Counted from the first letter of the stretch, positions 9,819-20,205 are shown. The stretch is 64,000 bases of DNA from an uncultured Acidobacteriota bacterium (GCA_963720545.1 OY970399.1:64001-128000), one strand, 5' to 3'. Numbers and translations are program-made. The notes: a model not told the origin generated them from the sequence alone.

Positions 9819-11819
9819 ATGACATCGATCGGCCGCATGCGGACCCTGGGTGTGCTCGTCGCCCTGGGCGGAACAACGCTGCTGGCGCCTATGCTGCGCG
9901 CCCAGGCGCCGACACAGCCGGAGAAAGCACCGCTCTACCCGGCGTTCCCCAGCGAGATGCCGGCGCGCTTCGTGCCCGCGACCGTGGGCTGGGATTACGA
10001 GCAGCGCGACGTCATGATCCCGATGCGCGACGGCGTGAAGCTGCACACGATCGTGCTGGTGCCGAAGGGCGCCAAAGGCGCGCCCATTCTCCTGACGCGC
10101 ACGCCCTACGAAGCCAAGGCGCTCGTCGGCCACGCGCACAGCGCGCACCTCGGGCCGATCCTGCAGGGCTACGACAACGCCACCGACGTCATCGTCGAGG
10201 GCGGTTACATCCGCGTGATGCAGGACGTGCGCGGCAAGTACGGCTCCGAGGGCGACTACGTGATGAACCGGCCGCTGCACGGGCCGCAGAACCCGACGCC
10301 CGTGGACCACGCGACCGACACCTTCGACACCATCGACTGGCTGGTGAAGAACGTCCCGGAATCGAACGGCAAGGTCGGCATCCTCGGCATTTCCTACGAC
10401 GGCTTCCTGCCCCTGATGGCGCTCGTCAACCCGCACCCGGCGCTCAAAGTGTCGGTGCCGATGAACCCCATGGTCGACGGCTGGATGGGCGACGACTGGT
10501 TTCACAACGGCGCCTTCCGCCAGAACATGATGACTTACATCCACGACCAGGAAGCGACCCGCGAGAACGACGCCATCTGGTACACGACGCACTACGACGA
10601 GTACGAGGCGTACATGGCTGCCGGTTCGGCGGGCGAGCTCGGTCGCCAGCGCGGGCTCGAACAGATCGGCTTCTGGCGCAAGGTCCTCGAGCATCCGAGC
10701 TACGACGCCTTCTGGAGCGACCAGGCAGTGGACAAGATCCTGGCCGCGCAGCCGCTCGCGGTGCCGGTGATGCTGGTGCACAGCCTCTGGGACCAGGAAG
10801 ACATCTACGGCGCCATCGCCGTGTACAAGGCAATCGAGCCTAAGGACACGCGCAACGACAAGGTGTTCCTGGTGATGGGTCCGTGGCACCACGGCCAGGA
10901 GATCGGCGACGGCAGCACGCTGGGCGCGCTGCGATTCGGCGCCGACACCGGCCTGCAGTTCCGCACCGAGGTGCTGCGGCCGTTCCTCGACCAGTACCTG
11001 AAGGACGGCGCTCCCAAGGCCGACATCGCGCCGGTGTCGGCGTTCGAGACCGGCACCAACAAGTGGCGGCGGCTCAGCCACTGGCCTTCCGGCTGCGACG
11101 CGGGCTGCGACACCGAGAAGAAGCCGCTCTACCTCGGCGCCGGCCTCAAGCTCGGTTTCGACGCGCCGCGCGCCGGCGGCGCCGCGTTCGAGGAGTACGT
11201 CTCCGATCCGGCGAAGCCGGTGCCGTATCGCGCGCGCCCCGTGATCAACAGCTACGACGCCGCGAACAGCTGGGCGCGCTGGCTGGTCGACGACCAGCGC
11301 GAACAGTCGGGACGGCCCGACGTGCTGGTGTTCCAGGGCGACAGGCTGACGGCACCGCTGAAGGTCAGCGGCGAGCCGCTCGTCAACCTGGTCGCTTCCA
11401 CGAGCGGCACCGACTCCGACTGGGTGGTGAAGCTCATCGACGTCTATCCCGACGAAGTCGCGGGGCAGCCCGAGATGGGCGGTTACCAGCTGATGGTGGC
11501 CGCCGACATCTTCCGCGGCCGCTACCGCGAGAGTTTCGCGAGCGCGAAGGCGCTCGCCGCCGACACCCCGCTCGCGTACCGCTTCGCGCTGCCGACCACC
11601 AACCACGTGTTCCTGCCCGGCCACCGGCTGATGGTGCAGGTGCAGTCGAGCTGGTTCCCGCTCTACGACCGCAACCCGCAGACGTTCGTGCCGAGCATCT
11701 TCAACGCGCAGCCCGGCGACTACCGCAAGGCCGTGCAGCGCGTCTACCACGCGCCGGAGCAAGCGAGCTTCATCGAGCTGCCGGTGATCGTCGCCAGGGG
11801 CAAGTCGGCTTCACGGTAA
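9819..11819 (+). CDS. CocE/NonD family hydrolase (alpha-amino acid ester hydrolase / glutaryl-7-ACA acylase-like)
   Basis: GGAGG RBS; PMRDGVKL, LTRTPY, QDVRGKYGSEG, nucleophile motif GISYDG, WMGDDWFH, DQED, GPWHH. Confidence 0.93.
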   Translation: MTSIGRMRTLGVLVALGGTTLLAPMLRAQAPTQPEKAPLYPAFPSEMPARFVPATVGWDYEQRDVMIPMRDGVKLHTIVLVPKGAKGAPILLTRTPYEAKALVGHAHSAHLGPILQGYDNATDVIVEGGYIRVMQDVRGKYGSEGDYVMNRPLHGPQNPTPVDHATDTFDTIDWLVKNVPESNGKVGILGISYDGFLPLMALVNPHPALKVSVPMNPMVDGWMGDDWFHNGAFRQNMMTYIHDQEATRENDAIWYTTHYDEYEAYMAAGSAGELGRQRGLEQIGFWRKVLEHPSYDAFWSDQAVDKILAAQPLAVPVMLVHSLWDQEDIYGAIAVYKAIEPKDTRNDKVFLVMGPWHHGQEIGDGSTLGALRFGADTGLQFRTEVLRPFLDQYLKDGAPKADIAPVSAFETGTNKWRRLSHWPSGCDAGCDTEKKPLYLGAGLKLGFDAPRAGGAAFEEYVSDPAKPVPYRARPVINSYDAANSWARWLVDDQREQSGRPDVLVFQGDRLTAPLKVSGEPLVNLVASTSGTDSDWVVKLIDVYPDEVAGQPEMGGYQLMVAADIFRGRYRESFASAKALAADTPLAYRFALPTTNHVFLPGHRLMVQVQSSWFPLYDRNPQTFVPSIFNAQPGDYRKAVQRVYHAPEQASFIELPVIVARGKSASR

Positions 11820-11829
11820 CCTTGTGCCC

Positions 11830-12873
11830 ATGAACACCAGGTCTTACGCGGCAGCTTCTGCCACCAGTGCGCTTGCGCCGTACTCCTTCAACCGGCGCGA
11901 GCCGCTGTCGACGGACGTCGACATCGTCATCGACTACTGCGGCGTATGCCACTCCGACATCCACCAGGCGCGCAGCGAGTGGGGGCCGGCGCTCTACCCC
12001 TGCGTGCCGGGCCACGAGATCGTTGGCCACGTGGCGCGCGTGGGTTCGAAGGTGCGCAAGTTCAAGGAAGGCGACGTCGCCGCGGTCGGCTGCATGGTCG
12101 AATCGTGCCGCAATTGCCCCCCCTGCCGGCGCGGGCTCGAGCAGTACTGCGAGCAAGGCGCCACCTGGACCTACAACGCCGTCGACGGGCACAACGGCGG
12201 TCCGACCTTCGGCGGCTATTCGGAGCGCATCGTGGTGGACGAGGCCTTCACGCTGCGCGTGCCCGCCGGCGCCGACCTCGCCGCCACGGCGCCGCTGCTG
12301 TGTGCCGGCATCACCACGTATTCACCGCTGCGTCACTGGAAGGTGGGCAAGGACCAGAAGGTCGCCATCATCGGCCTGGGCGGATTGGGCCACATGGGCG
12401 TGAAGCTGGCGCGCTCGTTCGGCGCGCACGTGGTGCTCTTCACCACCTCGCCCGGCAAGGTCGCGGACGGGCTGCGCCTCGGCGCCCACGAAGTCGTGCT
12501 CTCGACCGACCCCGGCGCGATGGAGAAGCAGAAGCGCAGCTTCGACTTCGTCATCGACACGGTCTCCGCCGATCACGACATCAATACGTACCTGCGGCTC
12601 GTGAAGCTCGACGGCACGCTGACACTCGTGGGCTTGCCGGAGAAGCCGTTCACGCTGCCGGCGTCGAGCATGACGCCGCGCATGCAGTTCGCGGGGTCGG
12701 GCATCGGCGGCATCGCCGAAACGCAGGAGATGCTCGACTACTGCGCGGAGTACGGCATCACCAGCGACATCGAGATGCTGCGCATCCAGGACATCAACGC
12801 GGCCTACGACCGCATGCTGCGCAACGACGTGAAGTACCGCTTCGTCATCGACATGAAGTCGCTGGCGGGCTAG
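11830..12873 (+). CDS. Zn-dependent NAD(P) alcohol dehydrogenase (YahK/cinnamyl-ADH-like)
   Basis: CGVCHSD, PGHEIVG, structural Zn CxxCxx[34 protein letters not shown]. Confidence 0.95.
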   Translation: MNTRSYAAASATSALAPYSFNRREPLSTDVDIVIDYCGVCHSDIHQARSEWGPALYPCVPGHEIVGHVARVGSKVRKFKEGDVAAVGCMVESCRNCPPCRRGLEQYCEQGATWTYNAVDGHNGGPTFGGYSERIVVDEAFTLRVPAGADLAATAPLLCAGITTYSPLRHWKVGKDQKVAIIGLGGLGHMGVKLARSFGAHVVLFTTSPGKVADGLRLGAHEVVLSTDPGAMEKQKRSFDFVIDTVSADHDINTYLRLVKLDGTLTLVGLPEKPFTLPASSMTPRMQFAGSGIGGIAETQEMLDYCAEYGITSDIEMLRIQDINAAYDRMLRNDVKYRFVIDMKSLAG

Positions 12874-14141
12874 CGGCGGGGCACCAGCTTCAACACGCGG
12901 CCCTCGTCTTCGTCGGTCAGGACGTAGAGCGCGCCGTCCGGTCCCTGGCGAACGTCGCGAATGCGTTCGCGAAGTTCGGTGAGCAGGTGCTCTTCGCCCG
13001 TCACCTTCTCGCCGTCGAGCGTGAGGCGGGTGAGCTGCGCGCTGGCAAGGCCGCCGATGAACAGGCTGCCTTGCCACTCCTTGAACAAGCCTCCGGTGTA
13101 GAAGGCCATGCCGCTCGGCGCGATCACTGGGTCCCAGTAGTAGAGCGGCTGCTCCATGCCCGCCTGCTGCTGGATGCCGGCGCCGATGGGCTGGCCGCCG
13201 TACTCGATGCCGTAGGTGATCGTGGGCCAGCCGTAGTCCTTGCCGGCGCGCGCCACGTTCAGCTCGTCGCCGCCGCGGGCGCCGTGCTCCACTTCCCACA
13301 GCTCGCCGGTCGCGGGGTGGAGGGCCGCGGCCTGCACGTTGCGGTGGCCGTACGACCAGATCTCGGGGCGGACGCCGGGCTTGCCGGCGAACGGGTTGTC
13401 CTTCGGGATCGAGCCGTCGGGATTGATGCGCACGACCTTGCCCAGCAAACCGTCGAGCCGCTGCGCTTGCATGCGGCCCTGCATGATGGAGCGCTCGCCG
13501 AGAGTCACGAACAGCGTCCCGTCGTTGCGAAACACGAGGCGCGAGCCGAAGTGCGCGCTGGAGCGGAGCGACGGCGCCTGGTGGAAGATCACCTGCACGC
13601 CGGCAACGCTCGGGGCGGCGCCTTCGACGAGCTTGCCGCGCGCGACCGCGGTGTTGTTGACGTTGCCCTCGCGCGGCTCCGCGTAGCTCCAGTAAACGAG
13701 GTTGTTGGTCGCGAAGGCGGGATCGAGGGCGATGTCGAGCAGGCCGCCCTGTCCCACCGCACTGACTGGCGGCAGGCCGCTGATCGGCGGGCCGAGCTTG
13801 CCGTCTTTCGCCACGATGCGCAGGCGCCCCGGGCGTTCGGTCACGAGCATGCGGCCGTCGGGCAGGAACGCGAGCCCCCACGGGTGCTCGAGGCCTTCGG
13901 CGACGGTCACCACCACGAAGGCGACACCGGCCTTGCGCTCGGGTGCGCGGGTCTGGCCCGCGAAGGCGGGCTTCTGATTCGGCGCGTTGGGCGCCTCCCG
14001 GTTGAGGCTCTGCCCTGCGGCATCCCCACTGCCACCGCTAATGGCGTCGGCACGCGCGGTGTCGCGAGAGTTCCCGGCACCACAGGCCGCTGCAAACATG
14101 CACATGAGAAGGACGGCGCGTCGCGTCCTTGCTGCGGTCAT
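12870..14141 (-). CDS. PQQ-dependent sugar dehydrogenase (GSDH/YliI-like), probable lipoprotein
   Basis: [60 protein letters not shown] lipobox-like; start codon uncertain. Confidence 0.92.
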   Translation of the reverse strand: MTAARTRRAVLLMCMFAAACGAGNSRDTARADAISGGSGDAAGQSLNREAPNAPNQKPAFAGQTRAPERKAGVAFVVVTVAEGLEHPWGLAFLPDGRMLVTERPGRLRIVAKDGKLGPPISGLPPVSAVGQGGLLDIALDPAFATNNLVYWSYAEPREGNVNNTAVARGKLVEGAAPSVAGVQVIFHQAPSLRSSAHFGSRLVFRNDGTLFVTLGERSIMQGRMQAQRLDGLLGKVVRINPDGSIPKDNPFAGKPGVRPEIWSYGHRNVQAAALHPATGELWEVEHGARGGDELNVARAGKDYGWPTITYGIEYGGQPIGAGIQQQAGMEQPLYYWDPVIAPSGMAFYTGGLFKEWQGSLFIGGLASAQLTRLTLDGEKVTGEEHLLTELRERIRDVRQGPDGALYVLTDEDEGRVLKLVPRR

Positions 14142-14230
14142 CGCTGTTGCGCTGTTTCCATCATCACCGTTCCACTGTAATGAGCCGCGCTCGCCGCCGC
14201 AATCGGTGTCATGCCCCTTAAGCTCGGTGC

Positions 14231-15530
14231 ATGGCATCCAAACCGGAGCCGGTCGTTCTCGACATCGGCACGCGCCAGGTGACGGTGACCAATCCGGGGA
14301 AGGTCTATTTCCCGGAGGCCGGCATCACCAAGCTGCAGCTCGTCGAGTACTACCTCGCGGTTGCCGAGGGCGCGCTACGCGGCGCGGGCGGCCGTCCGAA
14401 CGTGCTGGTGCGCTACGCGAACGGCATCCACGGCGAGTTCTTCTACCAGAAGCGCGCGCCCGAATCGCGGCCCGACTGGATCGAGGTGGTCACCCTCAGC
14501 TTTCCCTCGGGCCGCACCGCGGAGGAAGTGGTGCCGCGCGAACCGGCGGCGCTCGCCTGGATGGCCAACCTCGGCTGCCTCGAGCTGCACCCGCACCCGG
14601 TGAGCACCGCCGACCTCGACCATCCCGACGAGCTGCGGATCGACCTCGACCCGATGCCGGGCATCGAGTGGCGGCAGATCACCGACGTGGCGCGCGTGGT
14701 GGGCGAGGTGCTCGCCGACCATGGCCTCGTCGGCTGGCCGAAGACCTCGGGATCGCGGGGCATCCACGTGATCGTGCGCGTGCTTCCGCGCTGGTCGTTC
14801 GCGGAGGTGCGGCGCGCCGCGCTGGCGTTCGCGCGCGAGGTGGAGCGCCGGGCGCCGGGGATCGCCACCAGCAAGTGGTGGAAGGAGGAGCGCCACGGCG
14901 TGTTCCTCGACTACAACCAGAACGCCAAGGACCGCACCGTCTGCAGCGCCTACTCGGTGCGGCCGAAGGCGGACGGCCGGGTGTCGGCGCCGGTCACCTG
15001 GGACGAGCTGTTCGCGTGCGACCCCGGCGACTTCACGCTGCGCACCATGCCCGCGCGCTTCGCGAAGCGTGGGCGACCGCCACGCCGCGATCGACGAGCA
15101 TCCGTGTTCGCTGCAGTCGCTGCTCGAGCTGTCGGCGCGGCAGGAAAAGGAGGGACTCGGCGACGCACCGTGGCCCCCGCACTACGCAAAGGGCGAAGGC
15201 GAACCCCCGCGCGTGCAGCCGTCGAAGCGCAGGAGCACCGGCGCATCGACAGGCCGCCGCGTCTCGAAGAAGCCGCTCCTCGAGATTGCCAAGGCCGCGC
15301 ACAAGGAAGACGCGCTCGCGGGCCTGGAGCGCTGGAAGGGGCGCCACCCGCAGGCCGCGGCGCACCTCGAAGCAGCCGACATCCTGGTCGACTCGATGCG
15401 CGGCCGCTCGTCCACCTGGACGCGCGTGCGCGTGAACCTCGAACACGTGCCCGAAGCGGAGCGGCCGCCGCAGGAACCGCCAGATCCCGACTACGACCCG
15501 TGGAAGGGCGATCACTTTTCCGCCGGGTGA
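14231..15530 (+). pseudogene. Stand-alone LigD-type primase-polymerase (Prim-PolC/PolD-like) with one frameshift at ~15071 (possibly a sequencing error)
   Basis: [17 protein letters not shown], catalytic RIDLDP, KTSGSRGIH, KWWKEER, DYNQN, AYSVR. Homology continues in frame 15069..15530 (DAPWPPHYAKGEGEPPRVQPSK); removing one G of GGG at 15071-15073 joins the frames. Confidence 0.9.
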
Positions 15531-16592
15531 AAAATCGCGGCGAGTTCGGCGGGCGCAGTGACCTCGAGCTGGTCGTAGCGGCAGGCGGCGGGTGCGCGGT
15601 CGGGGCGCCAGCGCAGGAAGACCGCGGCGTGGCGGAAGCGGTCGCCCTGCAGGTGGTCGTACTTCACCTCGCACACCCTCTCGATGCGCAGCGGCTCCCA
15701 CGACAGGTCCTTGCCGGCGCTCCAGCGGCTCTGGCCGCCGGGCATGCGCTGCGTGCCGCCCTCGGTACTGCGCCCACTCCTTCCACGGGTGCGCCGCGAG
15801 CGCTGTGGCGCGCAGCGGCTCGAGCTCTTCCGCCAGCGCGCGACGCGCGGCCATGGTGAAGGACGACGTGACGCCGACGTGGTGCAGCGTTTCGGAGACG
15901 TCGTACAGCCCGAGAAGCAGCGAGCCGACCAGCGTTCCCGGCCCGTTCTTGTGCCAGCGAAACCCGGCCACGACGCAATCGGCGGTGCGCGCGTGCTTGA
16001 TCTTCAGCATCGTGCGCTTGCCCGGCTCGTAAGCCGCCTGTCGGTGCTTGGCGATGACCCCGTCGAAGCCGGCGCCTTCGAAGCGATGGAACCAGTCGGC
16101 CGCGATCTCGGGTTCGGTGCGGCACGGCGTCAGGTAGAGGCCGTGGCCCTTGCCGGAAACGGCCTGTTCCAGCAGCCGGCGGCGCTCGGCCTGCGGCAGC
16201 GCGCGCAGGTCACGGCTGCCCTCCGCCAGGATGTCGAACGCGACGAACGCCGCCGGGATTTCGGCCGCGAGCTTCTTCACTCGCGAGGCGGCCGGATGCA
16301 GGCGCATCTGCAGCGCGTCGAAGTTGAGGCCGTGGGGAGAGACGATGACGATCTCGCCGTCGACCACGCAGCGTTCCGGCAGGTGCTGCTTGAAGAACGC
16401 GGCTAGCTCGGGGAAATAGCGGTCGAGCGGCTTGAGGTCGCGGCTTTGCGTGTAGACGTTGTCGCCGTCGCGAAACACGATGGCGCGGAAGCCATCCCAC
16501 TTCGGCTCGAACAGCCACTCGCCGTCCTGCGGGATTTCCTCGGCGAGCTTCGCCAGCATCGGCGGGACTGGCGGCTCGATGGGGAACGCCAT
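15512..16592 (-). pseudogene. ligC: ATP-dependent DNA ligase, LigC-type, with one frameshift at ~15770 (possibly a sequencing error)
   Basis: PMLAK, EPKWDGFR (adenylated Lys), VDGEIV, FVAFDIL, DGVIAK, MLKIKH, VGSLLLGLY. C-terminal RMPGGQSRW..WEPLR..CEVKYDHLQGDRFRH..RWRPD lies in the neighbouring frame (15512..15769). Confidence 0.9.
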
Positions 16593-16602
16593 CAGCGCGC
16601 CG

Positions 16603-17481
16603 TCAACGCTTGCCTGCGCGTTCGCGGATGCGATTTTCGGCCGAGTCCCAGCCGGCATCGAGCGGATGGCCGGGTGCGTCGATGTCGATGAGGATGGGCG
16701 CATGGTCGGAGGGGATGGGCTTGCCCTTGCGCGCCTCGCGGTCGATCTCGGCCCAAACCATGCGCTCGGCAACCGGGCGCGTGGCGAGCAGCAGGTCGAT
16801 GCGCATGCCGAAGTTCTTCTGGAAATTGCCGGCGCGATAGTCCCACCAGCTGTAGCGCCGGGCGTCGGGGTTGCGGTGGCGATACGTGTCGACGAGCCCC
16901 CAGTCGCGCAGCGCCGCGACGGCGGCGCGCTCGCGTTCGGAGACGTGGGTGCCGCCATGGCAGGCGCGCGGGTCCCACACGTCTTCGTCGGCGGGCGCCA
17001 CGTTGAAGTCGCCGCCCAGCACCAGGGCACTTGTCGGGTCGGCGTGCTCCTTGAGCCAGCGGTTGAGGCGGTCGAACCACAGCAGCTTCGCTTCGTAGAA
17101 CGTCGAGCCGAGGACCCGGCCGTTGGGGACGTACAGGCTCACAACCCGCACGCCGGCGCAGGTGGCGGCGATCATCCGCGCCTCGGCCAGGGGTTCGTCG
17201 TCGCCGGCGTCCTCGGTGCGCGCCGGCTGCAGCGGCACGCCGAAGTTGGTGACGACATCGGCGATGCCGACGCGGCTCGCGATGGCGACGCCGTTCCAGC
17301 GCCCCTCGCCGTGATGCGCCACCTCGTAGCCGAGGTCGGTGAACAGCATGGTGGGCACGTCGGCGTCGGCGAGCTTCGTCTCCTGCATCAGCAGGACATC
17401 GGGACGAGCGCGGTCGAGCCACCAACGCAGTTTCTCGAAGCGCGCCTTCAGCGAGTTGACGTTCCAGGTGGCGATGCGCAT
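16603..17481 (-). CDS. xth: Exodeoxyribonuclease III / AP endonuclease
   Basis: MRIATWNVNS, QETK, WNGVAI, YVPNG, GGDFNVAP, YSWWDYR, GMRIDLL, PSDHAP. Confidence 0.96.
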   Translation of the reverse strand: MRIATWNVNSLKARFEKLRWWLDRARPDVLLMQETKLADADVPTMLFTDLGYEVAHHGEGRWNGVAIASRVGIADVVTNFGVPLQPARTEDAGDDEPLAEARMIAATCAGVRVVSLYVPNGRVLGSTFYEAKLLWFDRLNRWLKEHADPTSALVLGGDFNVAPADEDVWDPRACHGGTHVSERERAAVAALRDWGLVDTYRHRNPDARRYSWWDYRAGNFQKNFGMRIDLLLATRPVAERMVWAEIDREARKGKPIPSDHAPILIDIDAPGHPLDAGWDSAENRIRERAGKR

Positions 17482-18134
17482 CAGGCGAGCTTGCGGAGCG
17501 GCGGCAGCTTTGCCGGCCGCGAACCACGGAGCCTTGTGCCCAGCACCGGCGCGTAGGACAGCTCCCTGCCCTGGGCGGCGTGGCGCAGCAGCAGGCCGCC
17601 GCGGCTCATGTCGCCGCGGCCGACGAAGTCGACGGGGAAGACCAGGCGTTCGCCGAGGACTGCGGTGAGGAGTGGCTGGTATTTCGGCGATGCAACGCTG
17701 CCGAGCAGCACGACTTCCGTGTCCGTCCAGGCCGCTTGCAGCGCTTCCACGTCGCGCAGGAACGGCGCGGTGTAGCGCGTTTCGTCGGCGTTGACCGGCA
17801 CGCCCGCGTAGCGTCGGAGATCCTCCGCGCGCACGATGGCTTCTGGCGAGAGCAACCCATCGCACGGCGTGATGACGTGAATGCCACCGCCTGCATAGTT
17901 GCGCGGCAGAGTGCTTGTGTCGCCAAACAGTGGCGGTCTTGCGAATGAGCGCGCGTACGCGAGCTTGCCGCGGAAGTACAAGCTGCTGATGAAGGCGAAG
18001 ACCTCGCCCAGCGGCGCGCCTTCCGGCCGGTGCAGCCGCGCGGCCAGTTCGAACTGGGCCGCTTCGTTTTGCAGATAAGTCGCCCGCTTTCCGGAGCAGT
18101 CTGCCGGCGACAGCAGGAACACCCGGTGCTTCAC
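17481..18134 (-). CDS. Conserved hypothetical protein, possibly YaaA/DUF328-like fold
   Basis: Stop overlaps the xth start (TGATG); motifs FLLSPA.CSGKR, SSLYFRGK, VITP..GLL.P, VVLLGSVAS.KY, FVGRGDMSRGGLLL. Confidence 0.8.
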   Translation of the reverse strand: MKHRVFLLSPADCSGKRATYLQNEAAQFELAARLHRPEGAPLGEVFAFISSLYFRGKLAYARSFARPPLFGDTSTLPRNYAGGGIHVITPCDGLLSPEAIVRAEDLRRYAGVPVNADETRYTAPFLRDVEALQAAWTDTEVVLLGSVASPKYQPLLTAVLGERLVFPVDFVGRGDMSRGGLLLRHAAQGRELSYAPVLGTRLRGSRPAKLPPLRKLA

Positions 18135-18217
18135 CCGCGGCGCTCTTTCACCGACACCCCTGCGTTCACCCGACGCCTCCCTTCGTCCACGCTCATCCCT
18201 TCAACCACGCCATTCCC

Positions 18218-19954
18218 TCAACCACGCCGTTCCTTCAGCCACTTCAGGAACTTCTTCTTCGGCCACGTGTTCGCGACCCGGCTCGGATCGACCCACCCTC
18301 GAGTCGCCAGCATCGCACCCCACTCCATGCGGTCCAGTTCGCGCGTGTGATGCGTGTCGGTGCTGATGACGAAGGTGACGTCGAGGCCGCGGGCGCGAAA
18401 CAGCACCTCGCTGGTTGCGTCGAGGCGGCCGAGCGCGGCATTGATCTCGATGGCGGTGTTGGTCTCGACCGCCTTCTTGAGGACTGCATCGATGTCGAGC
18501 TCGACACCGTGACGCTTGCCGATGCGTCGCCCGCTGAGGTGGGCGATGGCATCGACGGTGCAGTCTTCCATGGCTGCCAGGACGCGTCTGGTCTGCGCCT
18601 TGCCGTCGAGCTCGAAGTGCGAGTGGATGCCGGCGACGCACCAGTCGAGCGTGCGGCGAAAACCCTCGTCGTAGTCGACGCGGCCGTCGGCGCCAATGTT
18701 GAGTTCGCTGCCGTGCAGAATCGTCATCTTCGGGAACAGCGGGCGCAGCTTGTCGATCTGCGCGCGCTGTTCGACGAGTCGCTCGCGCGGCACCCCGTTC
18801 ATCGCCAGGTTCTCGGCGTGATCGGTGGTCGACATGTACTCGTAGCCGTGAGCGGCCGCGGCAGCGAGGATTTCCTCGAGCGTGCTCATGCCGTCGCCCG
18901 ACAGTGTCGTGTGCACGTGCAGGTCGCCGCGCATCATCTCCAGGGAGACGTGGGGCGGCAGGTCGTTTTCGGCGCCAAGCTCCACCTCGCCTCGGTCCTC
19001 GCGCATCGGCGGCTCGATGTACGGCAGGCCAAGCGCCTTGTAGATCGACTCTTCGGTTTTCGCCGCAACCACCTTGCCGGAGGCTTCGACGGTGAGCGCA
19101 TACTCGTTGAGCGTCCAGGCCTTGTCGAGAGCGCGCTGCCGCAGCTTGATGTTGTGCGCCTTGGAGCCGGTGAAATAGAGGACGGCGGCGCCGAACTGCT
19201 TCGGCTCGACGACGCGCATGTCGACCTGCAGCCCGGTGGTGGTGAGGACCGAGGTTTTGGTGCCGCCGCTGCCGATGACCTCCTTGACCGTGCCCATGTG
19301 AACGAACGCCTCGGTGACGGCGGCAGGATTCTTCGACGCCACCACGATGTCGATGTCGGCAACGGTTTCCCGCAGGCGGCGCAGGCTGCCGCAGTATTGC
19401 GCGTTCTCGACGAACGGCAGCGCCTGGAGCGCGGCGACGAACTCGCGGGCGATGGGCATGGCTTGCGCGATGGGCGTGCGCTTGTCTTTGCCATGCTCGC
19501 CCATGCGGCCGACCGCGGCGACCAGGTTTTCTTCGGTGCGCTGGCCGAGGCCGCTCATCTTGCGGACCTTCTGCTGCTGTAGCGCGGCGCGCAGGCCGTC
19601 TATGTCGTTGACGCCGAGCTCGGCGCGCAGCCTCAGGAGTGTCTTCGGCCCGAGGCCCGGGATGCGGCTCAGCGCCACGAAGTCGGGCGGATACTTCTGG
19701 CGCAGCGTTTCCAGCTTGGCGATGGTGCCGGTGTCGAAGAACTCGCGGATCTTCTTCGCGGTGCTGCCGCCCACGCCGCCGATGGCGGTGAGCTCCCTCT
19801 CGTTCAGCGTTGACAGGTCGCCACGATACGAGTTGATCGCCTCGACGGCGTTCTCGTATGCGCGCACGCGGAACGACTGCGACGAGCCTTCGTCGAGGAT
19901 GGCGAGCTGTGCGAGTTCCTTGAAAAGCGCGACGAGCGAGCTGTTGCCTGACAC
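18218..19954 (-). CDS. polX: DNA polymerase X with C-terminal PHP (3'-5' exonuclease) domain
   Basis: FRVRAYENA, HhH (IGGVG, IPGLGPK), GSLRR, catalytic ADID and QVDMR, YFTGSKAHN; PHP ligands DLHVH, TDHA, GSE, GIH, AH, STDTH. Confidence 0.95.
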   Translation of the reverse strand: MSGNSSLVALFKELAQLAILDEGSSQSFRVRAYENAVEAINSYRGDLSTLNERELTAIGGVGGSTAKKIREFFDTGTIAKLETLRQKYPPDFVALSRIPGLGPKTLLRLRAELGVNDIDGLRAALQQQKVRKMSGLGQRTEENLVAAVGRMGEHGKDKRTPIAQAMPIAREFVAALQALPFVENAQYCGSLRRLRETVADIDIVVASKNPAAVTEAFVHMGTVKEVIGSGGTKTSVLTTTGLQVDMRVVEPKQFGAAVLYFTGSKAHNIKLRQRALDKAWTLNEYALTVEASGKVVAAKTEESIYKALGLPYIEPPMREDRGEVELGAENDLPPHVSLEMMRGDLHVHTTLSGDGMSTLEEILAAAAAHGYEYMSTTDHAENLAMNGVPRERLVEQRAQIDKLRPLFPKMTILHGSELNIGADGRVDYDEGFRRTLDWCVAGIHSHFELDGKAQTRRVLAAMEDCTVDAIAHLSGRRIGKRHGVELDIDAVLKKAVETNTAIEINAALGRLDATSEVLFRARGLDVTFVISTDTHHTRELDRMEWGAMLATRGWVDPSRVANTWPKKKFLKWLKERRG

Positions 19955-20019
19955 GCTGTCAGTTTAGTTCGCCTCGCGGACATCCCAGGCCCCGGTGGGA
20001 CGGCACTCCCTTCGTTCTT

Positions 20020-20043
20020 GCAACTACGTCCGGACGCAGTTGC
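20020..20043. repeat. 24-bp near-perfect palindrome GCAACTACGTCC|GGACGCAGTTGC
   Basis: One mismatch between arms; the core recurs at 21008-21027. Confidence 0.85.
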
Positions 20044-20045
20044 CT

Positions 20046-20205
20046 TTCCGTTTTCCCGAGTCGGCCCATCGCGTGCGACGCGAGCTTGCGTTTTTCCGAG
20101 TGCGTCCATCGCTTGCGACGCGACCTGCCGTTTTCCCGAGTGGATCCATCGCTTGCGCCGTGAGCTTCCGTTTTCCCGAGTGGGTTCATCGCTTGCGCCG
20201 CTCGC
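20046..20205. repeat. Degenerate tandem repeat, 4 x 40 bp
   Basis: Units start at 20046, 20086, 20126 and 20166; conserved blocks CGTTTTYCCGAGT and CATCGCKTGCGMCG recur with exact 40-bp period. Confidence 0.92.

Noticed and set aside
15060..15780. Programmed ribosomal frameshifting in Prim-Pol or ligC
   Set aside because: No slippery heptamer or evident stimulatory structure; simple indels explain both.
14231..16592. Classical NHEJ (Ku-LigD) system
   Set aside because: No Ku and no fused LigD in the window; the ligase is LigC-type. A ku gene elsewhere cannot be excluded.
20046..20205. CRISPR array interpretation of the 40-bp repeat
   Set aside because: No unique 25-45-bp spacers, degenerate units and no cas genes.
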